Source of the DNA: a virus
Lineage: Duplodnaviria; Caudoviricetes
Direction: 5' to 3' (one strand)
DNA: 44,174 nucleotides
Virus record (IMG/VR): IMGVR_UViG_3300048854_000064
Span: 1-44,174 of that record
Below, piece by piece: positions 8,200 to 16,957 of the stretch. A program made the position numbers and the translations under genes. How positions within the stretch are numbered: position 1 is the first letter of the stretch; each line of letters opens with the position of its first letter. Under the pieces are notes generated by a model. The model was not told the origin of the DNA. It did no database searches and saw nothing but the letters and a program-made list of their open reading frames with translations.

Positions 8200-8480
8200 T
8201 GCACACCACCATCGCCGCCAGGGCGCGCGCGTTGGATAGTCGTATAGCGCACGCCAAGGAAACAGCAGAACAGGATCGTGTACGCGATTGCCTGTTGTGC
8301 GTGCGCGGGGATGACAGCCTTAAGATCGTCAGGCAGGTTGCGCCACGTCTCGCGGATCTCCGGACCCAGCGCCGAGACGACAGCCATGCTCGACGAGAAC
8401 CAGAACGTGCCGCGCTTGTGCATTTGGCGCCAGTCGTCCGCCAGCTTCAGCTTCAGATTTGTGAATGGAATGAGTTTCAT
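8196..8480 (-). CDS. Probable holin
   Basis: Two hydrophobic segments, immediately upstream of the endolysin. Start at MKLIPF. Confidence 0.7.
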   Translation of the reverse strand: MKLIPFTNLKLKLADDWRQMHKRGTFWFSSSMAVVSALGPEIRETWRNLPDDLKAVIPAHAQQAIAYTILFCCFLGVRYTTIQRARPGGDGGVQ

Positions 8481-8806
8481 GATGTGATCTTCGCTTTTAA
8501 GAAAAACCAAACTGCTGTCGCCAGCAGGATCAGCACGGCCCAGATGCCCTTCTTTGCCAACTCGGTTCGCAGGTCTTCGTAGAGCTTCGTGCGCGCTTCA
8601 ATCCGCTTGACCATCGCGTCGTGGTAGCGACGATGGCCGTCCGGATCTTCGTCTGGGAACGCGTGGTAAAGCCCATCAACGCGTCTGATCAAGTCGCCCA
8701 GAAGCTTCTCGTTGATCTCCGCACGCGTGACGTTTTCACCGTGTCGCTGATCCAGATCGGCCTTGATTGCCAGAATCGCTTCGGCAATCTCGTCTTTTGG
8801 TGGCAT
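8477..8806 (-). CDS. Second holin/antiholin-like protein with C-terminal TM helix
   Basis: Soluble coiled-coil followed by GIWAVLILLATAVWFFL. First gene of the lysis cassette. Confidence 0.6.
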   Translation of the reverse strand: MPPKDEIAEAILAIKADLDQRHGENVTRAEINEKLLGDLIRRVDGLYHAFPDEDPDGHRRYHDAMVKRIEARTKLYEDLRTELAKKGIWAVLILLATAVWFFLKAKITS

Positions 8807-8825
8807 CGGCCTTTCCTGTGGGCAT

Positions 8826-8848
8826 AAAAAAGCCGCCTTGTGGGCGGC
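8826..8848 (-). terminator. Rho-independent terminator after the tail genes
   Basis: GCCGCC-cacaa-GGCGGC followed by TTTTTT on the minus strand. Confidence 0.8.
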
Positions 8849-8868
8849 CTGCATTGCGTGTGGTGCTG

Positions 8869-9183
8869 TTACTCGACGATCGTCCCGCCGGCGAATGCGT
8901 AGCGGTTCGCGTATGGCACAACCGTGGCTCCATCGGGCATCGGCTCGACGATCCGGCCTTCGGCATACGCGAGGGCATCCTGAGCTGCGGCCGGAAGCCC
9001 ATCAACCGGGATCTGCTGCGTGTACATCGGAAACTTGCCCGCGTCCTTGGCATCTTTCGACAGGTACGAAGCAACGGTTGAATTCGTGATCGACGAAACA
9101 TAATCGAGCGTGATTTGCTGAACGACGTGATAGGTCGCCGGGGCGCCGGTGTTCGGCGTCACGTAGTTGATTGCGATGGGCAT
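8869..9183 (-). CDS. Hypothetical tail-associated protein
   Basis: 104-aa ORF with GGAG RBS, last in the tail operon. Confidence 0.7.
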   Translation of the reverse strand: MPIAINYVTPNTGAPATYHVVQQITLDYVSSITNSTVASYLSKDAKDAGKFPMYTQQIPVDGLPAAAQDALAYAEGRIVEPMPDGATVVPYANRYAFAGGTIVE

Positions 9184-9191
9184 GCTTGCTC

Positions 9192-9953
9192 CTACAGAAA
9201 AGAAATGTCGACCGCCAGATACGACCAGCTGATGGCCTCTTTGAATCCGGTGTAGTTATTGAAATTGCTCGTGTCGCCGAACATCACCATGTTCGTGCTG
9301 ATGGTGCCGCCGGACGTTTTGAAGCAGGACATAACGACACCGGCATTGCTCGCGCCGCCGGATGTTCCTCCGGTACCGAAAGCAGGCTGAACGCAAGCAA
9401 TACCCACGCGCTGCGCAACCGGGAATGCCTTGGAGCCCTGGGCAACTGGCCAGGTGCCGCTGTCGGTTGTGTAGCCCGTCGAACCGTAAGCGTATTTCGG
9501 ATTGCCCTGATTTGATCCAACGAGGCGCGGGAAAGGCTTCGTGACGTCGGCCACCAAGACGCCGGAAGCATTGAACACCTGCAATCCGAAATTGCTGCCC
9601 GCGCCGATCGCGCTGACCTGGTCGAACACGTAGCACGTGACAGGCACCGAGCTGTCACCGACAACTATCACCGACCAGTTCGCGCCGGATTTCGTCCACG
9701 TCATCGGCACGCAGCTTCCAGACGGACATTCGAAAACGACGAACGGATTGGTCGCGGCAAAGGTAAATGTGGTCTGGTTTCCCTGCGAGCTGTAACGCGT
9801 GCCGTCCGAAATCGTATAGACCAGAAAACCAGCGAACGCCATTGTCTGCGTTATCTTCTGGCGAAATTGCATGTTTCCTAAGCCAAGGTCGCTATCGATC
9901 TGCGCCACACTTGACCCGTCCTGAGCAAAGCACTGGAATCCGGCTGGCATCAA
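9192..9953 (-). CDS. Tail-tip-associated beta-rich protein (possible receptor binding)
   Basis: Gly/Ser/Thr/aromatic-rich and downstream of J, with an internal repeat of a GxQxF..xG motif. Confidence 0.7.
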   Translation of the reverse strand: MMPAGFQCFAQDGSSVAQIDSDLGLGNMQFRQKITQTMAFAGFLVYTISDGTRYSSQGNQTTFTFAATNPFVVFECPSGSCVPMTWTKSGANWSVIVVGDSSVPVTCYVFDQVSAIGAGSNFGLQVFNASGVLVADVTKPFPRLVGSNQGNPKYAYGSTGYTTDSGTWPVAQGSKAFPVAQRVGIACVQPAFGTGGTSGGASNAGVVMSCFKTSGGTISTNMVMFGDTSNFNNYTGFKEAISWSYLAVDISFL

Positions 9954-10255
9954 TAAACCCCGAAAAACAAGGTGCCGATGATCTGCAGGTTATGGATTCC
10001 CGACGCGGCTGAGTAAGTCCAACTGATCGTCGTGCCCGACACTGAGAAAATCGGCCTACTCACATCCATATTAATGAAGCCCCAAATCTGCGACGGCTGA
10101 AACGCATACCAGACCGTGCCGGCTGCTAGGCTGGAATTCGACACGCTGCTGTTGCCACCGAGCAATTGCACGGATCCAACAAACCGAGGAAGCCGCGACG
10201 TGATGTCGACGACGAGATTTCCGGACGCATCAAAGCACTGGAGCCCAGCCGCCAT
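9950..10255 (-). CDS. Small tail-tip-associated protein
   Basis: MAAGLQCFDASGNLVVD. Translationally coupled to J and to the next gene. Confidence 0.7.
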   Translation of the reverse strand: MAAGLQCFDASGNLVVDITSRLPRFVGSVQLLGGNSSVSNSSLAAGTVWYAFQPSQIWGFINMDVSRPIFSVSGTTISWTYSAASGIHNLQIIGTLFFGVY

Positions 10256-13200
10256 TACCAGAGCCCCAAGCGCACGCGCAACGTGCCGGCGCTGTCATAT
10301 ACCTGCACAGTGCTGTCGCTGATCGTCAGGTATCCAGAGCCGGCATTCGAGCCGTTCATGGTCAGCGTGCCGTTCTTGTCCAGCTTCCACCGCGGCTGAC
10401 CGTTCGCGCCGACCGCCGTCGCCTGAATAATGTCCGCGATGTTCGCGTTTCCAATCCATGCGGTGCCGATCAACGCCTGGCTGATGAACACCTGGCCGCC
10501 CTGCACCACGAACGGCGCCGTGACAGCGCCGCCATTCGGATCAATGATCGCAACGCGGCTTGCAGACAGCAGAACAGTAGATTCGATAACACCGCTGCTG
10601 TTGTCCACGCCTACGCCGATACCAGCGATGTACGTTCGCCCGGCTGACGTGACCTGCGTCTTGATGGTGTACGAAGCAGCCACGCGACCGTTCAAGTCTG
10701 CATAGGCGTTCGCGTTCGTTTGAACACTCGCGGTGATCGCCGGAAGTTGATTCGCTACATCGGTGACACTCGCCTGCACGGTCGTGATCTGCGAGGCCTG
10801 CGCGCTATCTGCATCGACACGCGCTTGCGTTTCGGTTTGAACGGCCGCGATCAGTTGCGTACTGCTGCTCGTGATCTGCGCGGTGACGGTATCAACGTTC
10901 TTTGCAATCGCGAGATCGGATTCGGCGCGGGCGCTTTGCTCTGACCACACGCCGGCATAAATCTGCGTCGAGCCGGCGTGGTCACCGGTGCTTCCAGCGA
11001 GCGACGGAAGCAGCACTTGCGCACTGACAATGTCGAGCCTTTCGGAAAGCGCGGAATCGCCGTCAACTCGGCTTTGAGTTTCCTGCGTGAGCGCCGCACT
11101 GGTGTCGGTGACGTCTTGCTGCAGATCCGGAATCAGGTCAATCTCGGATAGCAGTTCTTGTCCAAGAGCTGACTTCTCAATCAAGCCCGCGAAATAGACG
11201 TTATATTCGCCGTCCGCGTTGGTGAGGGTAGCGCCTTCCACGCCTGGATCTGCGGCCGGATACCACGGGCCGATGTTTCCAGACGTGTCGACCAGACGAA
11301 CCCAGAAATAGAAGACTTGCCCAGCAGCCAATCCCATCAGGACGGCTTTCGCCTGCGGAAAAGCATAGTCAGATTGCTTCACTGCATCGGCGCGCGCCGG
11401 CGTGCGGCTGTACCAAAGCTCAGTGCGCTGCGTGTCGCCGGCGGATCCGTCAGCGGGAAACGTCCAGTCGATCTCGATGCCGAAGATTTGCGCCGACGTG
11501 GTGAGCGACGTGACGGAAGGCGGCGGGCTCGTCTTGCCCGTGAGCTGGGTGAGGACGCCGTACGCCGGGATAGACGTCACGCCCAAGCCGTTCACGGCAC
11601 GCACACGCGCGACATAGCCGCCCTGGTAAATGCCGAGCACTTCCGCCTGCAGGCCGCCAACGGCATTCATGGAAATCCATTCGCCGTTGTCCTTCTGCCA
11701 CTCCGGAATATACGAGACCGCTTTATCGGCCGAGTCCCACGCGATCACCATCGTAGTCTTCGAAATACCCTGGTCAATCACGGAGTACGACGACAATCGC
11801 ACATTCGTCGGCGGCGGCTGCACAGACGGCGGAATTACCGTAATTGGCCGCACCTGAATGGCTGCGCCGTCATCGATCGCCGCATATTTACCCGGCTCGT
11901 ACTGCGTGGCGTTCACCACATAGGTGATCTGGCCATCGTCGGAGTTTTCCTGCACGCTGACCACGCGAAACAACTGCGAAGCGAGGTCCGCGCTTTCAAG
12001 CATCCACACCGCGCCCGGTACCGGCGCCGTGTCATACGCTGCGGTCAGGTTGATCGTGTCGCCCGCGATCGATTGCACAGTGCGCGCCTGCGCGACGCCA
12101 GACGGCAAAATAGCCGTGAGCACGTCGCCGGCCGCAGCCGCCGGCGCCTTGTCTAGCGTGATACTCGCCCCGACGACCGTGCGCACGCGGCCACCGATCC
12201 GCCGGCCAGCCTTGTCAGGATCCGCAACTGCAATGATCTGACCCGGCGAGCAGCGCGTGCCGTCCAAGCCGACTGAGAACGAAACCGTGTTCGTCTCATA
12301 CCGACTCGTGAGTAGGGTCCACAGCCCAAGCCTGTGCGCCTGGCCTTGCGACGTCGTACCGAACGCCGTGATCTGCGCCTTCGTCACGCCGTAGCGCGAA
12401 ATACCGTCGTCGTCAGAAACATACTCAACCGCTTGTTGATAGCCGTTTGCCGGATCGTTCCAGCTTACGAGCGCGACCGTGTAGCGAGTCTTCAGCGCCG
12501 AACCAACGTATGTGAACGGACCATCGGCGCAACGGTTTGCGGCGGTGTACACATAGACGGGATCGGCCGGCATGTCGGCACAAGCAACGACAGAACCCGG
12601 ACCCCAGTAGGAAATGCCACGGAACACTGACGCTAGATCCTGCAGAACCTTGTACGCATCGGCTTGCGACTGAAGATATGCATTGCACGTGAAGCGCGGC
12701 TCTTGCCCACCCTTGCCGTTTGACACCATGACATCGCAGTAGCGGCCGATGTCGTACAGCCCCCACTTGTCGATCATCGAGGCGTCGATTCGCTTGCCCA
12801 GCCCGTCCAAAGGATTGAGCACCAAATCGTAGTAGATCCACGCCGGGTTATCGGTCCAAGCCTGCTTAAAGGTACCGTCCCACGTTCCGGAATAGGTGCG
12901 CGCGACCGGATCATAGTTCGACGGCACGCTGATGATGTTGAGATACAGGTCGTATGCGCGCGTCGGCACCGAACTGAACGACTGCGCGTTGAACGACAGG
13001 CCGAACAGCGCGCTCATCGGGTACCGTAGTTTCCGGTCGATAACCTCGGTGATCGCCTCGATGGTCGTCGTGTCAGCAATCAATGCGCTATGGGCATTGG
13101 CGGTAAGCCGGCGCACTCGCACCATCCACCCAGTCGCGGCCGCCGGCAACTCGATTCGGACGGTACGTTCGTACAGCGATGTCGTCTTACCATCGAATGC

Positions 13201-13680
13201 GCCAGTCAGCACCTGAGCATATGAGCCGCCGTCGGTCGCAAGATCAACGGCATATTCGATGCGGTAGCCGTTTACGTCTCCCGTGGTCGCATCCGACTTT
13301 TGCAACGCCGGCAAACCGATGCGCACGCGCACGGCGGTGAGCTGCGTGTTCTCGACTTGGCGAACCCACGGCGCGTCCGAGGTAAGCGCCACGTTCACGG
13401 CGATCTCGTTTTCAACCGCCGGGAAACCAGACATGAAAGTCTGATCCTGCGTGCCCAAACGGTAATCGACTGTGTAGTTCGTGAAATTCGTCGATCCGTC
13501 TGAATTCTGAATCGGCGTGTCGTCGAGGTAAATAGACTGCAGGCCGTTCACGAGCCCCTGAATCGGGCCGCTAGAAACCAGATCGAGCACCCGCGCATAG
13601 GCGATCGAATGCAGGCTATCGGGCGATTCCGTCGGCGTGCTGGCCGAGTCGCCGCCCTTCGATCCCGAGATGAGGCGCAT
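10255..13680 (-). CDS. J: Central tail fibre / host specificity protein J
   Basis: About 1140 aa: GSKGG...ESPDSLHS start, WTDNPAWIYYD, EPRFTCN, FN3-like region, coiled-coil and C-terminal LRVRLG. Confidence 0.95.
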   Translation of the reverse strand: MRLISGSKGGDSASTPTESPDSLHSIAYARVLDLVSSGPIQGLVNGLQSIYLDDTPIQNSDGSTNFTNYTVDYRLGTQDQTFMSGFPAVENEIAVNVALTSDAPWVRQVENTQLTAVRVRIGLPALQKSDATTGDVNGYRIEYAVDLATDGGSYAQVLTGAFDGKTTSLYERTVRIELPAAATGWMVRVRRLTANAHSALIADTTTIEAITEVIDRKLRYPMSALFGLSFNAQSFSSVPTRAYDLYLNIISVPSNYDPVARTYSGTWDGTFKQAWTDNPAWIYYDLVLNPLDGLGKRIDASMIDKWGLYDIGRYCDVMVSNGKGGQEPRFTCNAYLQSQADAYKVLQDLASVFRGISYWGPGSVVACADMPADPVYVYTAANRCADGPFTYVGSALKTRYTVALVSWNDPANGYQQAVEYVSDDDGISRYGVTKAQITAFGTTSQGQAHRLGLWTLLTSRYETNTVSFSVGLDGTRCSPGQIIAVADPDKAGRRIGGRVRTVVGASITLDKAPAAAAGDVLTAILPSGVAQARTVQSIAGDTINLTAAYDTAPVPGAVWMLESADLASQLFRVVSVQENSDDGQITYVVNATQYEPGKYAAIDDGAAIQVRPITVIPPSVQPPPTNVRLSSYSVIDQGISKTTMVIAWDSADKAVSYIPEWQKDNGEWISMNAVGGLQAEVLGIYQGGYVARVRAVNGLGVTSIPAYGVLTQLTGKTSPPPSVTSLTTSAQIFGIEIDWTFPADGSAGDTQRTELWYSRTPARADAVKQSDYAFPQAKAVLMGLAAGQVFYFWVRLVDTSGNIGPWYPAADPGVEGATLTNADGEYNVYFAGLIEKSALGQELLSEIDLIPDLQQDVTDTSAALTQETQSRVDGDSALSERLDIVSAQVLLPSLAGSTGDHAGSTQIYAGVWSEQSARAESDLAIAKNVDTVTAQITSSSTQLIAAVQTETQARVDADSAQASQITTVQASVTDVANQLPAITASVQTNANAYADLNGRVAASYTIKTQVTSAGRTYIAGIGVGVDNSSGVIESTVLLSASRVAIIDPNGGAVTAPFVVQGGQVFISQALIGTAWIGNANIADIIQATAVGANGQPRWKLDKNGTLTMNGSNAGSGYLTISDSTVQVYDSAGTLRVRLGLW

Positions 13681-14258
13681 CAGGCTTGGTCCTCGGCGTA
13701 GATGCCGGCGCTGATCACCTTCGAGCCGACACGCATGCGGCCATAACCACGCGGCACGCAATCACCCTGAGCATTGCTGTTCACGGCGCCATTGAAATAG
13801 TAGGAGGTGCCGTTGTCCGGACCGCTGTTAGAAGCAAGGCCGCTTTGCTGCGGGCTAAGCATTTGCACGATGCCGCCGAGCGCCATCGATGCACCGATAC
13901 CGATCAGGAAGCCGCCGCCGAATTCGCTGGTCACAACACCCACGATGGCCAGCGCCGTGCCCAGAATGGTCGTGAACAATCCACTGTTCTTGCTGCCGAT
14001 AATCACCGGCGCAATACGAATCTCGTCGTTGCCGACGGGGTGCGCCAACTCGTTTTCGCTCAAGTTGCGCTTGCCGTTGAACACAGCGAACGTCAGCCCG
14101 TTGTCGCGCGCGTTCATCATGAATTTTTCGAAGCCCGGCAAAAGCACGCGCAGCGCCCGCATCGCCTCGGCAGTCGAACCAACCGCGAGACAGTGCTCGC
14201 GCCCGAACAAAAATCCCAGAATTCCGTACAGCCGAATTACGCGAAGTTTGTCGTTCAC
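13680..14258 (-). CDS. I: Tail assembly protein I (ubiquitin-like fold)
   Basis: IRLYG.LG..FGREH...EA.RAL....PGF...IRIAPVIIGSK and VP.GYG.MRVGS.VISAG. GTG start at 14258. Confidence 0.92.
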   Translation of the reverse strand: MNDKLRVIRLYGILGFLFGREHCLAVGSTAEAMRALRVLLPGFEKFMMNARDNGLTFAVFNGKRNLSENELAHPVGNDEIRIAPVIIGSKNSGLFTTILGTALAIVGVVTSEFGGGFLIGIGASMALGGIVQMLSPQQSGLASNSGPDNGTSYYFNGAVNSNAQGDCVPRGYGRMRVGSKVISAGIYAEDQA

Positions 14259-15007
14259 GACTTTTCCCCTACATATCGAAGCACGCCGCGCAGGCACTGC
14301 GCCCACATGCCGCCCCATACCGTGCGGCCGGACAAGTGCCCGTACATGTGATGCATGAAAACGCCGTCGCCGAGATACACGCCGGCGTGATTGGGAACGC
14401 CGTTCTTGCTGCGGATCTGCATCAGCAGGACGTCACCGGGTTCAGGCTCGACATCCGGCCCTAGATTCTCGAAACCGGCCGTCTCGTAGTTGTCGATGTA
14501 CAGATTCGATGCGCCGTCCTCCCACCACTTATCCGCGCGCGCGAAGTCGGGCAACGTGATGGCGCGCTCGAGCCGGTAGAAATCACGGATAAGGGTGAAA
14601 CAATCCAAAGTGCCGTGCGAGAACTCGCGACCGAGCAGTGGCGGGATATATCCGGACGGGCCAAACTCGCACCATTCATCTACGGCAATCGATCCGTCGC
14701 CCTGGACGCCGAGCGCGACAATCACCCAAGTGTTGACGCCACTGATTTCACACATTGCCTTGTCGGTCATGCTCGGTCGCGCCGCGGCGCCCGGATGCGA
14801 ATGCACGATGGCCACAACCTGTCCCATGTCCTCGGCCACCGCATAATCTTGCGGCGACATCACAAAGTGTTCGGTCGGTTTCTCAGCGAGATTCCGGCAC
14901 CGAACATAGGTCTCTTCGCCATCGCGCACGACCACCAGCCCGCAGCACTCGCGCGGGTACTCCGCGAGCGCGTGATCCGCGATCGCGTTTTTCGTCGTTT
15001 CGTTCAT
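14255..15007 (-). CDS. K: Tail assembly protein K (JAB + NlpC/P60)
   Basis: YPRECCG...IVHSHP.....S..D followed by DCFTLIRD...NHAGVYLG...HH. Confidence 0.93.
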   Translation of the reverse strand: MNETTKNAIADHALAEYPRECCGLVVVRDGEETYVRCRNLAEKPTEHFVMSPQDYAVAEDMGQVVAIVHSHPGAAARPSMTDKAMCEISGVNTWVIVALGVQGDGSIAVDEWCEFGPSGYIPPLLGREFSHGTLDCFTLIRDFYRLERAITLPDFARADKWWEDGASNLYIDNYETAGFENLGPDVEPEPGDVLLMQIRSKNGVPNHAGVYLGDGVFMHHMYGHLSGRTVWGGMWAQCLRGVLRYVGEKS

Positions 15008-15014
15008 GGGCTTG

Positions 15015-15695
15015 TTACGAAAGGTTGTCGCTTAGAAAGCCGCCGAATGGCAACGGCTCATTGACACCGAAGCGGCACTCGCAGCCGCTGGTTTTCATGC
15101 TGCAGCGATCAAGCGCCGGATCATCGGTCGCAACATCTTTGATCGTGAAATACGCGGTACCGGTGTATCCGCAATTCGCATCGCGGTACTTGAACTGACA
15201 CGTGCTGGCAATCTGACGCGAGGGCAATTGCTGGCCACCGAAGTCGAGCGCTGACGACAGGGTGAATTCCACCTGGACGTTGGTTTCGCTAGTCTTCTGC
15301 TCGATGTACCAGAGCTCTACCGCCATTTCCTCGCCCGGGTCTGCGGTCGGATTGCCAGCCGGGAAATTGACCGCGTCGAGATACTTCGAAAGCGTGCGGT
15401 GCCTCGTGACACGCGCGCCGACCATGTCAGCGAGAAACACGCACAGCGCCGAAATCGTGCCGTTGACGTTTCCTACTGTGAGCGTCGGCTCCGGCTGCTG
15501 GGCGTCCGATGTGTGCTCGAAACCCGCGCCCTGAATCGGCCAAGGCTTGTATTCGTTGCCCTGCCAGAAAATCGACGTCGATTGAAGGTGCCCATGGAAC
15601 CGCAGCATGTCGCCACCGATCGCCGTGCAATCGACTTCGAATAGCTCGATCAGCGCGCCCGGCTCAAGCGCCTGAATATCCGCTGAGATCGGCAT
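15015..15695 (-). CDS. L: Minor tail protein L
   Basis: IELFEVD...WQGNEY.PWP and a C-terminal 4-Cys cluster ending LPFGGF. Confidence 0.93.
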   Translation of the reverse strand: MPISADIQALEPGALIELFEVDCTAIGGDMLRFHGHLQSTSIFWQGNEYKPWPIQGAGFEHTSDAQQPEPTLTVGNVNGTISALCVFLADMVGARVTRHRTLSKYLDAVNFPAGNPTADPGEEMAVELWYIEQKTSETNVQVEFTLSSALDFGGQQLPSRQIASTCQFKYRDANCGYTGTAYFTIKDVATDDPALDRCSMKTSGCECRFGVNEPLPFGGFLSDNLS

Positions 15696-16615
15696 TACGC
15701 AACTTGCTCAATCGAGAAGCGACTAGAAGTCGTGCTAACGCTGGTAGTAACGGATGCGGTGGGGCTAATCTGTAGGTAATACCCTGTTGCCGCAGTAAGT
15801 TGTTTGACTAGCTCAAACCGCACCTGGAAAAATGACCTTCCGTCGCAGATGAACACCTCGTTATAAACCACTGAGTTATCCGCCGACTTAGCTAAGCCAA
15901 ACGTTATTTGCGTTCCACTAGCTGGAGCGGATGAAATTAACAGATTCGCTTGAATTCGATAAATGCCGGTAACCGGCGGAACAAACGTATTACTTGAGCC
16001 CCAGCTCGATGTCTGATCGACCTCAGCAGCGAACACGACTGGAGCGGACCCGGGAAAGGTGGCACCTGCATGGAAACCTGTAATCAACACTTTTCCAGCA
16101 GCAGCGTTTTGATAGGCCGACCGCGCAACTGGAAGAGTTGAATATGTCGGCGCCGCGCTGAATACACCGCCTGAAAGTGGCATATATGCCGGTTCGTTGT
16201 TCGCGCGCCCGCGAAGCAGCGCACGCCAAGCATGAACGCCGTCAGTATCGAAAACCGCAGACTCACCAGCAGCGAGCGTAGTCAGTCCGATCGTATCGCC
16301 CGACCCGGTCGCGATCGCGAGCGTGATGAGGGTTGTTCCGAGATTGCGCAGATGGACTACCTGATCCGCAGCGCACGCGCTAGCTGCTGGCAGATTGACC
16401 GTGCCAGCCGCAGCTAGGTTGATATTGACGCGGGTACCAACGTGAGCAACCGTAAGCGCCTGCGCGGCAGTGATCAGCGCGGCTGTGCTGGTGAGCGTCG
16501 CTTGCTTATTGAGCACGTCGACGTTCGCGTTTCCCTTCGAGAAACCGTCGCGCGAGGTATCGCCGTCGACCGCGGTAGGGGGAGTACCGAGGTCGACCTT
16601 TTGGAGTGCAGTCAT
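15695..16615 (-). CDS. Putative side fibre/adhesin inserted between M and L
   Basis: N-terminal LGTPP...DGDT.R.GF.K.NAN attachment-type motif and a beta-rich, AT-richer C-terminal domain. Confidence 0.65.
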   Translation of the reverse strand: MTALQKVDLGTPPTAVDGDTSRDGFSKGNANVDVLNKQATLTSTAALITAAQALTVAHVGTRVNINLAAAGTVNLPAASACAADQVVHLRNLGTTLITLAIATGSGDTIGLTTLAAGESAVFDTDGVHAWRALLRGRANNEPAYMPLSGGVFSAAPTYSTLPVARSAYQNAAAGKVLITGFHAGATFPGSAPVVFAAEVDQTSSWGSSNTFVPPVTGIYRIQANLLISSAPASGTQITFGLAKSADNSVVYNEVFICDGRSFFQVRFELVKQLTAATGYYLQISPTASVTTSVSTTSSRFSIEQVA

Positions 16616-16618
16616 TTT

Positions 16619-16957
16619 TTAGGGTGCGAAGGTTTGATCAAACGTCGCTGTGATGGTGTAGACCGCGCCGTCTTTGACCGGCTCCGAATACGTCTCACAA
16701 GTGAATAGCGATTGCTGGCGCAGCAACGGGGTCCAGAGGAACGCCGTCGCGCCAGCGTGCGCATCGAGAAAGGCAAGGATCGCGGAGATGGTCGCCGCGT
16801 CTTTCACAAACTGAAGATTGAACGACGACGAGCGGTTGTTAATGCCGTCGGCCGCCCGCTGCGCATAGCCGTCGCCGAACTGCGCTTTCCGGACGAGCAG
16901 CGTCGCGGTGCCCGACAGGTTTGCGACTGTCGGCACCCAGATGAATGTATCGGCCAT
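16619..16957 (-). CDS. M: Minor tail protein M (distal tail)
   Basis: VRKAQFGDGYAQR..DGIN...FLDAHAG..AF.WTP...ATF.Q.F.P. Confidence 0.93.
   Translation of the reverse strand: MADTFIWVPTVANLSGTATLLVRKAQFGDGYAQRAADGINNRSSSFNLQFVKDAATISAILAFLDAHAGATAFLWTPLLRQQSLFTCETYSEPVKDGAVYTITATFDQTFAP

Noticed and set aside
13680-15007. Tail K/I as a novel ubiquitin system
   Set aside because: These are standard lambda-type tail-tip assembly genes in canonical L-K-I-J order.
9192-16615. Diversity-generating retroelement or invertible tail-fibre switch
   Set aside because: No reverse transcriptase or invertase gene, and no template/variable repeat pair seen.
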